Source: an uncultured Gemmataceae bacterium (lineage in GTDB: Bacteria > Planctomycetota > Planctomycetia > Gemmatales > Gemmataceae). Taken from it: a DNA stretch of 64,000 nt. The notes under the pieces were generated by a model that searched no databases, was not told the DNA's origin, and was given only the letters and a program-made list of their open reading frames with translations. The stretch lies in assembly GCA_963750165.1 (NCBI GenBank), contig CAVVPN010000003.1, positions 384,001-448,000 of the forward strand, in the 5' to 3' direction. The translations under genes were made by a program, and so were the position numbers. The stretch's first letter is position 1. Every line of letters starts with the position of its first letter. Shown one piece after another: positions 28,861-39,724 of the stretch.

Positions 28861-29487
28861 ATGGCAGTTCTCTCGCTGCGTCGGCGCTTCTGGGCATTCC
28901 TCCTGGGTTCAAGCTGCCTGGCCTGTGGGCTCGTCGGTTGTGGCGGCGGCAGCGATCTGTCGCCCCCCGACATCTCCCCGGAAGCGGTCGCGGCGAAGGC
29001 CATCAAGCAGTGCGACAAGAACGGCGATGGCGTGCTGGACGCGGCTGAGCTGGAAGACTGCCCTTCTCTGAAGAGCGCGCTGAAACTGATCGACACGAAC
29101 AGGGACGGCAAGGTGAGTGCCGACGAGTTGGCGGCGCGGCTGACCAAACTGGTCGAGAGCCGCATCGGCCGCGTCAACGTCGGCTGCACGGTAAGCCTGG
29201 ACGGCACCCCCCTGGAAGGAGCGACGGTGCGACTGATCCCGGAAACGTTCATGGGCGACTCCTGCAAAGCCGCGTCGGCGACCACGGAAGGGAACGGCAG
29301 CGGGCGGTTCAAACTGGAGGGCGAAGCCAGGGAAGGCGTGCAGTGGGGCTATTATCGCGTGGAAGTTTCCAAAAAAGACGGCGCCGGCCAGGAGCAACTG
29401 CCGGAGCGCTACAACACGAAATCGACGCTCGGCTACGAGGTGGCTCCGGACATGCGCCTTGGCGTGCTGCTGAAACTGACTTCCTGA
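28861..29487 (+). CDS. Lipoprotein with EF-hand pair and carboxypeptidase-regulatory-like domain (typical DUF1559 neighbour)
   Basis: LVGC lipobox, [30 protein letters not shown]; start codon uncertain (28825 or 28861). Confidence 0.8.
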   Translation: MAVLSLRRRFWAFLLGSSCLACGLVGCGGGSDLSPPDISPEAVAAKAIKQCDKNGDGVLDAAELEDCPSLKSALKLIDTNRDGKVSADELAARLTKLVESRIGRVNVGCTVSLDGTPLEGATVRLIPETFMGDSCKAASATTEGNGSGRFKLEGEAREGVQWGYYRVEVSKKDGAGQEQLPERYNTKSTLGYEVAPDMRLGVLLKLTS

Positions 29488-29551
29488 TCGGTCGATCCGG
29501 CTGTTCTGCCGGGTCGATTTTCTCTCGTCATCTGTCATTGAGGACCACGTC

Positions 29552-30522
29552 ATGCGAACGAATTCGAGTGCCAGCCGGCGGGGCGGCTTCACCCTGATCG
29601 AGTTACTGGTGGTGATTGCCATCATTGCCATCCTCATCGGGCTGCTCTTACCAGCCGTCCAGCAGGTCCGTGAATCCGCCAACCGCTCCACCTGCCAGAA
29701 CAACCTGCACCAGATGGGCGTCGCCGTCCACAACGTCCACTCGCTTACCGGTAAGCTCCCCTCGGGCGGTTGGGGCTGGGACTGGGTGGGCGACCCGGAT
29801 CGCGGCTACGGGCCGGAGCAGCCGGGCGGCTGGGTCTACAACCTCTTGCCCTTCATGGAGCTGGATAATCTGCGAAACCTGGGCCGAGGACAGACCACCC
29901 TGGCGGCGAAGGCCGCCGGCCTGACGCTGCTGTTGCAGTCACCGGCGCCTGGCTTCAACTGCCCCTCGCGCCGCGCTGGCGGCCCCTTCGCCAACGGCCG
30001 CGGCGCCGAGGGCTACTACGTCGGCGACCCGACCAACTCCTCCAATACCACCACCATCAACCCCCCCCTGCTGGCCCGCACCGACTACGCGGCCTGCGCC
30101 GGGGACGGGGCCGACCAGCAGATGCCGGCCCCACCAGTTTGCTCAACGGCACGAACGGCTCCTACGCCTGGCCCGTCTGTGATGGCGTCATTTACGGCCA
30201 CAGCAGCATTCGCTTCAATGACATTCGCGCCGGCACCAGCAACGTCTACATGATCGGTGAGAAATACCTGAACATCAACAACTACCTCACCGGCACCGAC
30301 GGCGGCGACAACGAGTCGATGTACGTCGGCTTTGACAACGACGTCAACCGCACCACCGACACGCAGCCGCTGCGCGATTCGGTGATCAGCACGAGCACCG
30401 ATGCGTTCGGCAGCGCCCACCCCGGCGCCTTCAACATGCTGATGTGCGACGGTTCGGTGCGCACCATCGAGTACAGCATCACCTTGACCGTGTTCCAGCC
30501 TGCGGGTCGGCGCAACGGCTGA
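29552..30522 (+). CDS. DUF1559 prepilin-type N-terminal cleavage/methylation protein; frameshift near 30130
   Basis: [32 protein letters not shown]-terminal [14 protein letters not shown] (H-X9-DG). Confidence 0.93.
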
Positions 30523-30549
30523 CCCCTGGGCGGACTCGGAAAACGCCGA

Positions 30550-30581
30550 ACGGCTGGCATCCGCCGCGGGATGTCAGCCGT
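30550..30581. terminator. Hairpin between convergent genes
   Basis: ACGGCTGGCATCC...GGATGTCAGCCGT. Confidence 0.6.
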
Positions 30582-30606
30582 CTGTTGTTGGGGAGGGGGT
30601 TCGAGT

Positions 30607-30999
30607 TCAACCAACGGCGCCGCGCACCACCGCCCGCAGCCCAGCGTCGTCGATGCGCTCCAGCGCCTGGGCCGGGCTCACCCACAGCCGCTGCCGCTGC
30701 TGTCGCTCGGGCCAATCCGTCTTCACCTCGCTCACCTCCATCAGGAACACCGTGACGTGATAGGTCGCGCCGTACTTGCTGTAGAGGTAGCTGCCGACCG
30801 GCTCGGGCCGCAGCACGCCCACCAGCCCCGCCTCCTCCCACGCCTCCAGCAGGGCGCTTTCGCCAGCGGTGTGGCCCGGATCGATCAGCCCCTTGGGGAC
30901 GACCCAACGCTTGCCGTTGCTGGACGTAATCAGGCAGACCGTACCGTCCCGCAACGGAATGGCGGCTGCCTGGCGAATGAATTCGGGTGCACTGGCCAT
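30607..30999 (-). CDS. NUDIX hydrolase
   Basis: PKG...EAWEEAG Nudix box; WPERQQRQRLW. Confidence 0.9.
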   Translation of the reverse strand: MASAPEFIRQAAAIPLRDGTVCLITSSNGKRWVVPKGLIDPGHTAGESALLEAWEEAGLVGVLRPEPVGSYLYSKYGATYHVTVFLMEVSEVKTDWPERQQRQRLWVSPAQALERIDDAGLRAVVRGAVG

Positions 31000-31173
31000 C
31001 GTACCTTCTCAGTGGGAAGGAGAATCCCAACTTGCAGGATGAAGAAAACCGCCCGGGCCGTCAAGTTCGGTTCGACCGATTCATCTGCTCTTCACACGAC
31101 CCACGCGCCATCTTCGATACAACAGCTCCCGGCTGGGAAAAAGTGAGCAGTTTTCTGGTGACGCCGGCATTTA

Positions 31174-31232
31174 TTCGTAGTGCAGGCGGCCCGCCTGCAC
31201 AAATTGGGCAGGCGGGCCGCCCGCGCTACGAA
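31174..31232. repeat. GTAG-type REP doublet, family 3 (GTAGTGCAGGCGGCCCGCCTGC)
   Basis: Imperfect inverted arms immediately before the RBS of the ECF gene. Confidence 0.75.
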
Positions 31233-31242
31233 AGGAGCAGCC

Positions 31243-34200
31243 ATGAGCAAAACCATCACGCTGGCGCGGCAACTTCACCGCCTGGTGCCGGGGGCCGGGC
31301 CGGAGCAGTGGCCGGACGCGGAATTGTTGCGCCGCTACGCGGCGGGGCGCGATGAGGCCGCCTTCGCCGCCCTGGTGCGCCGCCACGGGCCGATGGTCTG
31401 GAACACCTGCCGCCGGACGCTCGGCCACCAGGACGCGGAGGACGTGTTCCAGGCGACCTTCCTGGTGCTGGCGCGGCGCTGCGGGGCGGTGCGCTGGCGT
31501 GCCTCGGTGGCGCCGTGGCTGCACGCGGTGGCTCGCCGCCTGGCCGGCAAGGCCCGCGCCCAGGCCGCCCGCCGCCCGGCACCGGCCGCGGTGGACGGCG
31601 TCAGCCCCGACCCGCTGCAGGACATAACCGCCCGCGACCTGCTGGCCGCCCTCGACGCCGAGCTGGCCCGGTTGCCGGAGTGCTGCCGCGGACCCGTGCT
31701 GCTGTGCTGGCTGGAGGGTAAGACGCAGGAGGAGACGGCCCGGTTGCTGGGCGCGTCGCTGAGCACAGTGCGGCGGCGGCTGGACGACGGCAAGCGGCTG
31801 TTGCGTGCGCGGCTGGCGCGGCGCGGCCTGGCGCCGGCGGTGCTGGTGGCGCCGGCGCTGGCGGGCGCGATCCCCGAGCGCGTGCTGGCCGGCGCCGTCT
31901 GTCGCGCTGCCGCCACGGCCCGCGCCGCGGCGCTGGCGGACGGGCTCCTGGCGGCGACGGCGGGCCGGCTGCGCGGCCCTGGCGCTGCTGCTGACGGCGT
32001 GCATCGCGGCGGCGGGCTTCGGCCTGGCGGCCGTTGCGCCCGCCGAAAAACCGCCCGCCCCGCGCCTGGAGCCGGTCGCGCCTGCGCCCCAGGACGGAAA
32101 GCAGCCGGCACGCGTGGACGCGCTGGGCGACCCGCTGCCGCCCGGGGCGCTGTTGCGCCTGGGGACGGTGCGGCTGCGGCCGGGCAACGCCGTGGCCGGC
32201 GCCCTGTTCACGCCCGACGGGAAGGTGATTGCGACCGGCGGCACTAACGGCGTCGTGCGCTTCTGGGACCCGGCCACCGGCAAGCAGGTGCGCGAGCTGG
32301 CGGTGGGCGCGGGCCTTTATTTCGAATCCCTGGCCTTCGCGCCCGACGGCGGCCGGGTCGCGGCGCAGGACTACCGCGCGATCTACGTGCTGGACCTGGC
32401 GACCGGCAAGACATTGCATCGGCTGGCGGTGCCGCCGGAGGCGCGGCTGTCCGCGGTGGCGTTCTCCCCCAAGGGCGACCTGATCGCAGCGTCCGGCTCG
32501 GGCATCGTGCGCGTCTGGGGCGCGGACGGCGCCGAGCGCTGGACGTTCGCCGACAAGGGCGACTACTTCGGCTGCCTGGCGTTCTCCCCCGACGGCCGCA
32601 CCCTGCTCGGGGGGGAGGGCAGCCACAACTCGGCGCTGTGCCTGTGGGACGCGGCGACCGGCAAGCTGCACTACCGCCGCAAGGGCCACACCGGCCCGAT
32701 CGCCTCGGTCGCCTTCAGCCGCGACGGCAAAACCATCGTGGCCGCCGGCTACCAGGAGACGCGGCTGTGGGACGCGGCGACGGGCCAGAAGGGGGCGGTC
32801 TTCGGCGGGGTGAAGGGCCGCGGCACCCGCGTCGCGTTCACGCCGGACGGCAAACTGCTGGCCATCGGCGGCAATGACAACGTTTTGCGGCTGTACTCCT
32901 GGCCGGACGGCAAGGAGGTGCGGGCGCTGCCGCGACTGCCCGACCACGTCCGCTCGCCGTCGTTCACGCCCGACGGCAAGACGCTGGTGACGATGGGCGA
33001 CACGGGAGCGATTCACCTGTGGGACGTGGCCACGGGCCGGCCGAAGCTGAAGCTGCCGGGCCACGCCGAGCGGCTGAACGGGGTGGCGTACCTGCCCGAC
33101 GGCAAGACGATCGTGACCGCCGCCTGGGACGGCACGGTGCGGCTGTGGGACGCCGCCACGGGCAAGGAGCTGCGCCGCCTGGAGGTCAACCCGAACAACG
33201 AGAAGGCGGACGTGGCCAACCCGAACACCATCGGCCACATCGCGGTGGCGCCGGACGGCCGGCAACTGGCGGCGACGCGCGGCGACGAGGTGACAGTGAT
33301 CCTGGACGTGGCGACCGGCAAGGAGGTGGGCCGCTACCGGGCGGGCAGCGTGGCGTTCTCGCCGGACGGCAAGCTGCTCGCCTGCGGCCAGCGCGGCACG
33401 CAGGTAGAGGACTGCAACCGGGGGATCATTCACGTCTACGACCGGGCCACGGGCAAGGAACTGCGAAAGATACTCGGCCACCTGACCACGATCGGCTCGC
33501 TGACGTTCACGCCGGATAGCCGGACGATCATCTCGCGCGGCATGATGCCGCTCGGCTCCTTCGGCGGCGACCGGGGCGAGAGGGAGACGAAGTTCGTGCG
33601 CGTCTGGGACGTGGCGAGCGGGCGCGAGCTGCGGGCGCTGCCGGCCGGCGGCCGGGTACACGGTGCGGTGCTGTCGCCGGACGGGCGGACGATGGCGGAC
33701 TTCAACCTCCTGGGCAATAGCGTCGGCCTGGTGGAGACGCTGACGGGCGGCACCCGCGGCACGCTGCAGGGCCACATCGACATTGACGACGTGGCGTTTT
33801 CGCCGGACGGCAGGACGATCGCCACGGCGAGCATGGACGGCACGGTGCGGCTGTGGGACGCGCACGCCGGCAAGGAGATCGGCCGGCTGGAGGGCCACCG
33901 CAGCTGGGTGCTGTCGGTCGCGTTCGCGCCGGACGGCAAGACGCTGACCACGGGCAGCCTGGACACGTCGGCGCTGGTCTGGGACGTGCGCCGCTACACG
34001 CAACGACCCGCCCCGGCGGCGCCGACCGCGGCGGAGCTGGCGGACTGGTACTCGGACCTGGGCCAGGACGCGCTGACGGCGTACCGCGCCATCGGCCGGC
34101 TGGTGGCGGTGCCGCAGGCGGCAGTGCCGTTCCTGGCGGAGCGGCTGAAGCCGGCGGCGGCGGTCGCGGACGCGCGGATCGTGAAGCTCGTGGCCGACCT

Positions 34201-34522
34201 GCAGAGCAAGCAGTTCAAGGTCCGCGACCAGGCGTCGAAAGAGCTGGAGAAGCTGGGCGAGCAGGCCGACGCGGCGCTGCGGCAGGCGCTGAACAAGGAA
34301 CTGCCGCTGGAGGCGAAACGACGACTGGAGGGACTGCTGGAGAAGCTGGAGGGCGCAACGCTGTCGGCCCAGACGCTGCGGCAGGTGCGGGCGGTGGAAG
34401 TGCTGGAGACGGTCGGCACGGCGGAGGCGCGGGCGCTGCTCGCGCGGCTGGCGGAGGGGGTGCCGGAGGTGCGTCAGACGCGCGCGGCGCGGGCGGCGCT
34501 GGCGCGGTTCAAGGGGCGGTGA
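31243..34522 (+). CDS. ECF sigma-70 factor fused via a TM helix to WD40 propellers and a HEAT-like C-terminal domain; frameshift near 31970
   Basis: DAELLRRY, RHGPMV, DAEDVFQATF (sigma2); LARLPE...EETARLLG (sigma4); DALGDPLPPGALLRLG; many AFSPDG/LWD repeats. Confidence 0.92.
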
Positions 34523-34670
34523 GCAATGCGGTTTGCAGGGCAAGATCGAAGTCGAGGTTGGAGTCCCGGCAAGGTGAAATCGCGAAAACGCATGAACGTT
34601 CCCAGGTTCGTTACCGCCTGCCAGGGATCACAACCTTGCCGCGTTCACGCACATTGCAGCAGCAATGCAC

Positions 34671-35225
34671 TCACCCCTCGGAAAGCCAGTCCGGTATCCG
34701 AGCCAAAGAAGTCGTGACTTCCTCATCCGAAACCGACCCGTCAACGACATCACGCAGCACCACCAGGGTGGCCTGCTCCACGAGTCCCCGCCACGCTTCG
34801 ATGGCCTCCTGCAGCCGTTGAATGAACCAGTCGGTTTCCGGCCATTGTTGCGGGCCGGCCGCCGCGAGGTATCGGCCCAACCGTCCCTCATCCGGGAGGC
34901 TGTACCCGTACACCACGAACCGATTCGCAAAAACGAGCAGCGGCGGCGAGCCCTCGGGAGGGGTGAGCCAGCGGTCGAACAGATCGCCCATCGACCACCG
35001 ATCCACCCACTCCACGAAGTGAAGCACCGGCAGTGCCAGCGCGTTCGCCCGCATCCGGCCGGCAAACTCGTCTGCCTCGTCACGCACCGACTGGGGCCAC
35101 TGCGTACTCCCCCACTCATTCGGATTGACGGCCTGCCGCGCCGCGGACCACGTCTGAAGCCGCTGCCGGACGGCAGCGCCGGCCGCTCCGACTATTTTTG
35201 CGACCGTGATTCGCTGGGTTGCCAA
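34671..35225 (-). CDS. Hypothetical protein
   Basis: TTG start with GAGAGG RBS 13 bp after the upstream stop; 184 aa, Trp-rich. Confidence 0.6.
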   Translation of the reverse strand: MATQRITVAKIVGAAGAAVRQRLQTWSAARQAVNPNEWGSTQWPQSVRDEADEFAGRMRANALALPVLHFVEWVDRWSMGDLFDRWLTPPEGSPPLLVFANRFVVYGYSLPDEGRLGRYLAAAGPQQWPETDWFIQRLQEAIEAWRGLVEQATLVVLRDVVDGSVSDEEVTTSLARIPDWLSEG

Positions 35226-35238
35226 CTGCCACCGCCTC

Positions 35239-36567
35239 TCACGGCGCCTCGATGCAATACAGGTACTTGTGCCCGCGCAGGAACAACTGCCGCCCGACCA
35301 CCACCGGCGGGGCGTCAATGTTGTCGTCCAGCGCGTTGGTCGCCAGCACCTCCAGCTTCGTACTCTGTTTCAGCACCAGCGTCACGCCGTCCTGGTCCAC
35401 CAGGTAAATCCGCCCGGCCGCCGCCGTCGGCGACGCATAGAAACTGCCCATCCCCGGCAGCCGCACGTGCTCGAAATACGGCTTGCCCGTCTTCGCGTCC
35501 AGGCAAGTCAGCAGTGGGTCATTGCTCTGCGTGAAGTACAGCTTGCCGTCCACCAGCAGCGGCGACGGCACATACGGCGTGCCCTTGTTGTAGCGCCAGC
35601 GCAGCTTGTCGGACTTCGTCAAATCGCCGCGCAGCTCGAGCGGTACGGCCACCGCGGCAGCACCCTTGTAGCCGCTCATGACGTAGGCGACGCCGTCCGC
35701 CGCCACCGGCGACGGAATCGCGTTCAGCGTGCCGCCGCCACACTCCCACAGCAGCTTGCCGGTCGCCAGGTCGTAACTGCGCATCTTGTTCGTGCCGTTG
35801 ACGATCACCTGCGTCATGCCGTTGTGCGTCACCACCAGGGGAGTGTTCCAGGTCGTTGGCTCGTCGCGCGGCACCTGCCAGCGCGTCTTGCCGGTGGCGG
35901 CGTCCAGCACGATCAACTTCGAATTGACTTCCTGGTCCCAATTCAGGATGAGATGATCGCCGTGCAGCACCGGAGTGCTGGCCTCGCCCCAGCCGAGGCG
36001 CGTGAACAGCAGCCCGAGGTCGCGCTCCCAGACGCGCTTGCCTTGGGCGTCGAAGCAGTGGACGCCCCAGGAGCCGAACGACACCCAGACATGCTTGCCA
36101 TCGGTCGTCGGCGAACCAGCGGCGTAGCTGTGGCTGGGGTGATGGCCCTCATGCGGCACACGCTCGGCGGCAATCTGTCGCCACAGTTCCTTGCCCGTCT
36201 TGCGGTCGTAGCAGATCAGCAGGAACTGATGATACGTACTGGGGGCCTTGGTCTTCTTCTCCAGTTCGGGCGGCACCTTCGGCAGGTCCGCCGGTTTGGC
36301 GGCGCGGCCGGTATCGACGGCGGTGGCAACGAACACGCGGTCGCCCCAGACCACGGGCGTGGAACTGCCGCGGCCAGGCACGGCGGCCTTCCACTTGACG
36401 TTGGTCTTTTCGTCCCAGGTGGTCGGCGGGTCGCCGTGCGGTGCGACGCCACAGGCCAGCGGGCCGCGCCAGTGGCCCCATTGATACGCTGCGGTTTTGT
36501 CGCCGCCGGCGAGCGCCGCCACCGACAGCCAGGGCCAGATCAAAACACCCAGAATGAGTTGTCGCAA
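35239..36567 (-). CDS. PQQ-binding-like beta-propeller protein (BamB-like repeats)
   Basis: Signal peptide, WGHWRGP, GSSTPVVWGDRVF, repeated TGKxxW; AAGGAG RBS. Confidence 0.9.
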   Translation of the reverse strand: MRQLILGVLIWPWLSVAALAGGDKTAAYQWGHWRGPLACGVAPHGDPPTTWDEKTNVKWKAAVPGRGSSTPVVWGDRVFVATAVDTGRAAKPADLPKVPPELEKKTKAPSTYHQFLLICYDRKTGKELWRQIAAERVPHEGHHPSHSYAAGSPTTDGKHVWVSFGSWGVHCFDAQGKRVWERDLGLLFTRLGWGEASTPVLHGDHLILNWDQEVNSKLIVLDAATGKTRWQVPRDEPTTWNTPLVVTHNGMTQVIVNGTNKMRSYDLATGKLLWECGGGTLNAIPSPVAADGVAYVMSGYKGAAAVAVPLELRGDLTKSDKLRWRYNKGTPYVPSPLLVDGKLYFTQSNDPLLTCLDAKTGKPYFEHVRLPGMGSFYASPTAAAGRIYLVDQDGVTLVLKQSTKLEVLATNALDDNIDAPPVVVGRQLFLRGHKYLYCIEAP

Positions 36568-36706
36568 AAGGAATCTCCTTGAAAGGCGAAGGTTGGGGCC
36601 TGGGCCATTATGACAACCGCGGCGCCGTCGGCCAAGCCCTTGTCCGGTCGCTGCGATCTTCGCACAATGACGCAGACTACCCATTTTCACTCGGCAAGGG
36701 ATCACC

Positions 36707-37876
36707 ATGACTAACCCATTGGTTGCCCAGGCGGGCCACAAGCACGCCCCGCCGCGCCAGCGCTTGTCGGCGCCGCGCATGTGGGAGGGCTGTGACTTCT
36801 TCGCCTGGCTGCGCTTGCTCTGGCGCGGCCGCTTCGCCGTCCACAGGACTTGCTGGTATCTCGTCCCCGTCATCACCGTCGTCAGCTTCGGCCATACGCT
36901 GCTACGGCTGCTGCAGGAAGCGATCTACGGCCGCCGCATCCGCCAGACCGTGTTGCAGCACCCGCCGATTTTCATCCTTGGTCACTGGCGAACCGGCACC
37001 ACGCTGCTGCACGAGTTGCTGGTGCAGGACGAGCGCTTCGCCTTCCCAACAACCTACGAGTGCATGAACCCGAATCACTTCCTGCTCTCGGAGAACATCT
37101 TCACGCGCTGGCTGTACTGGCTGATGCCGACACGGCGGCCAATGGACAACATGGCCGCGGGCTTCGACCGGCCGCAGGAGGACGAGTTCGCCCTGTGCAT
37201 GCTCGGCGAACCGTCGCCGTATCTGACGGTCGCCTTCCCCAACCGCGGACCGCAGTACAATGAATACCTCGACCTCGAAGGACTGTCGCCGCGCGCTCTT
37301 GGCAGCTGGAAGCGCACCCTGTACCAGTTCCTGCAAAAGATCACATTCCGCAGTCCGAAACGGCTGGTGCTCAAGTCGCCGCCGCACACCGCCCGCCTCA
37401 AGGTGCTGCGCGACCTGTTTCCGGGGGCGCTGTTCATTCACATCGTCCGCGACCCTTATGTCGTATTCCCGTCCACGGTCAACCTGTGGAAGTCGCTCTA
37501 TCAGCGGCACGGCTTGCAGAAGCCGAATTATGTTGGGTTGGAAGAATATGTTTATACGACGTTCCTGCGTATGTTTGACTGCCTCGAAGCGGGCCGCAAG
37601 CTCATTGAACCAGAGCGCTTCTATGAATTGAAATATGAGGATCTGGTGCGCGACCCAGAGGAGCAAATGCGGCGGCTGTATAAACACCTGCACCTGGGCG
37701 GCCTTGATGAGATGTTGCCGCGGCTGCGGAAGTACCTGGAGAGCATCGCGGGGTATGAGACGAACAAGTATCAGATGACGCCGGAGCAGCGGACGGAGGT
37801 CGGGCGGCGCTGGGGACGGGTGATCGAGCGCTACGGCTATGGGGAAGCGGTCGCGAGTGGTGTGGCGGCCGGTTAA
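36707..37876 (+). CDS. Sulfotransferase family protein
   Basis: GHWRTGTT PAPS loop, RPMDN, PQEDE, LKSPPHTAR, RDPY, YEDLV. Confidence 0.92.
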   Translation: MTNPLVAQAGHKHAPPRQRLSAPRMWEGCDFFAWLRLLWRGRFAVHRTCWYLVPVITVVSFGHTLLRLLQEAIYGRRIRQTVLQHPPIFILGHWRTGTTLLHELLVQDERFAFPTTYECMNPNHFLLSENIFTRWLYWLMPTRRPMDNMAAGFDRPQEDEFALCMLGEPSPYLTVAFPNRGPQYNEYLDLEGLSPRALGSWKRTLYQFLQKITFRSPKRLVLKSPPHTARLKVLRDLFPGALFIHIVRDPYVVFPSTVNLWKSLYQRHGLQKPNYVGLEEYVYTTFLRMFDCLEAGRKLIEPERFYELKYEDLVRDPEEQMRRLYKHLHLGGLDEMLPRLRKYLESIAGYETNKYQMTPEQRTEVGRRWGRVIERYGYGEAVASGVAAG

Positions 37877-37880
37877 GGGC

Positions 37881-37961
37881 CTGTGCGAAAAGTAGGTGCC
37901 GCGAGCCGAGCGGCACCCGCTGCGGGTGCCGCTCGGCTCGCGGCGCCTACTTTTCGCACAG
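37881..37961. repeat. 40-bp-arm palindrome: GTAG REP (family 4) inside CTGTGCGAAAA...TTTTCGCACAG ends
   Basis: Near-perfect hairpin between convergent genes. Confidence 0.85.
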
Positions 37962-37964
37962 CCA

Positions 37965-38903
37965 CTAACCCTTCAGCAGTTGTTCGCTGAGCGTCTTGAC
38001 GCGCTCGACGCTGTGCCGCAAATTTTGCTGGGCGGACTGCATGTTGCTCATGCCACTCTCAAACTTCTCGACGCACTGATCCAGTTCGTTGACGCTGTGG
38101 TCGGGCTGCAGCAGCACGTTCGACAGTTCCTTGATCGCCGGCTCGATCTCGCTGAGGAGGACTTTGAGGAGGTTGCGGCCCTGGTTCTCGGATTCGATGG
38201 TGACGTTGTGCAGCGAGTTCAGCACCGCCCCGTGCTCCATCGGATCGACCATGCGCTCCGGGTCGAACTTACGGCCGGCGCGCTGGGCCTGCTCAGCCTC
38301 TTGCTGGGCCTGAGTGCTGCCCTGGCGCTGGGCCTTGTCGGTGGCCTCGGCCTGTTCGAGGCTGTTGCTCGCCTTCTCCCAGTTGGGCCGCAGTTCCAAC
38401 GCATGGCGGTAGTGGGCGATGGCCAGCGGATACTGCTGCCGCTCGAAGTAGAGGTTGGCGAGGTTGTAGTGGGCGTCGGCCATGCGCGGGTTGACGCGCG
38501 TGGCCTCGCGGTAAGCCTGGATGGCCAGGTCGGTCTGGCCCTTGCGGCGGTAGACCAGGCCGAGATTGTAGTAGCCCTCGCCGCGGTTCAGGTCGAGCTG
38601 AATGCCGCGGCGCAGCACCAGCACCGCGTCATCGAGCAGGTCCATGCGGTTGTAGACCGCGCCCAGGTTGATGAAGGCGCCGGCGTGCAGCGGGTCGAGG
38701 CGCGTGACTTCCTTGAAGTGGTGGGCGGCGCTGACGTAATCGTGCAGCAGGAAGCACACCGTCGCCAGGCCGTAGTGGACGTCCGGCAGGTCGGCGCGCT
38801 GCCCCAGCGCTTGCAGATAGAACTGCCGCGCCTGTTCGGCCTGGCCCTGCTTGAGGCAGGCCTTCGCCTTTTGACAGATGCCTTCGATGCTTTCTTTGGC
38901 CAT
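37965..38903 (-). CDS. Tetratricopeptide-repeat protein with C-terminal coiled coil
   Basis: Canonical TPRs (AFINLG, YYNLG, AHYNLA). Confidence 0.9.
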   Translation of the reverse strand: MAKESIEGICQKAKACLKQGQAEQARQFYLQALGQRADLPDVHYGLATVCFLLHDYVSAAHHFKEVTRLDPLHAGAFINLGAVYNRMDLLDDAVLVLRRGIQLDLNRGEGYYNLGLVYRRKGQTDLAIQAYREATRVNPRMADAHYNLANLYFERQQYPLAIAHYRHALELRPNWEKASNSLEQAEATDKAQRQGSTQAQQEAEQAQRAGRKFDPERMVDPMEHGAVLNSLHNVTIESENQGRNLLKVLLSEIEPAIKELSNVLLQPDHSVNELDQCVEKFESGMSNMQSAQQNLRHSVERVKTLSEQLLKG

Positions 38904-39095
38904 GAGAGCGCTCCCGGCGTGGTTGGCGATGCCGACGGAACGGATGGCAGCGTATTGGGGAATTATAACGCGACGGTCAAGGTCGCCTCAACCACAAAAC
39001 TACCCCCGCTCACCCGAGCGCCGGAGTTTTCGCCGTCCGCCTGGCCGCCTTTGCCGGGCGTGCTGCTGGCGCCGCGTGGCGATGGACAAACCAAC

Positions 39096-39677
39096 TCACC
39101 GCCCCTTGAGGGAGACCGAGAGTTGAAACTGGGAATAAATCGCACCCGCGCTTTTCACCTTCGCCCGTGCGTCGAGCAGACTGACCAGGCAATCGTCGTG
39201 GGTAAAGGACCAGCCGTCGCCGAAACGATCGCGTGCAAACTTCTTCCCGGTCGTCAGGCGGTTGAAGTCCTTGATCGGGGTTCGGCTGGTGAGCCGGGCG
39301 CCGTCCACGGTGAATGTGCCCGAAAAGGACCGCTTCGGCCAGAAGTCCGGAGTGTCCCGGTCCAGGGCGACCGCGAAGGCATGAATCAGTGTACCGTTGG
39401 ACTGCTGGAACGCAAAGACGCCGTGATCGTCCCACGTCAGGAGTCGATTGCCCAGATCCAGTTCACGCGTCGGCGGGCCGAGGACTTTCAGGAGGCGTTT
39501 GCGGTCGAAGGGCAACTCGAACCGCTCGCCGTTGATGATGAACGCCTGCTCGTGGACCTGCACCTGGAGTTTGGACGGGGCCGGTGGGCCCGCCTGCCCC
39601 TGGGTCGGGGTGGCTGGCGCCGGCAACAGGGCGGCGCACGCCAGCACCGCGGCCAGGAGGGTTGCGTGACGGATCAT
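39096..39677 (-). CDS. Secreted hypothetical protein
   Basis: Signal peptide MIRHATLLAAVLAC; globular beta-rich domain (LGPP, TWDDHG). Confidence 0.7.
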   Translation of the reverse strand: MIRHATLLAAVLACAALLPAPATPTQGQAGPPAPSKLQVQVHEQAFIINGERFELPFDRKRLLKVLGPPTRELDLGNRLLTWDDHGVFAFQQSNGTLIHAFAVALDRDTPDFWPKRSFSGTFTVDGARLTSRTPIKDFNRLTTGKKFARDRFGDGWSFTHDDCLVSLLDARAKVKSAGAIYSQFQLSVSLKGR

Positions 39678-39724
39678 GCTTCGGGCCTTTCCATGAGGAG
39701 ATTGAGGGTACTCGGCGGCACGAG

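Noticed and set aside
31601..34543. 980-aa minus-strand ORF
   Set aside because: Antisense shadow of the WD40 gene; Arg/Gln-rich with no motifs, typical of high-GC DNA
37480..37720. A/T-richer codons in the 3' half of the sulfotransferase
   Set aside because: Mild and not quantifiable by eye; the frame and motifs are intact
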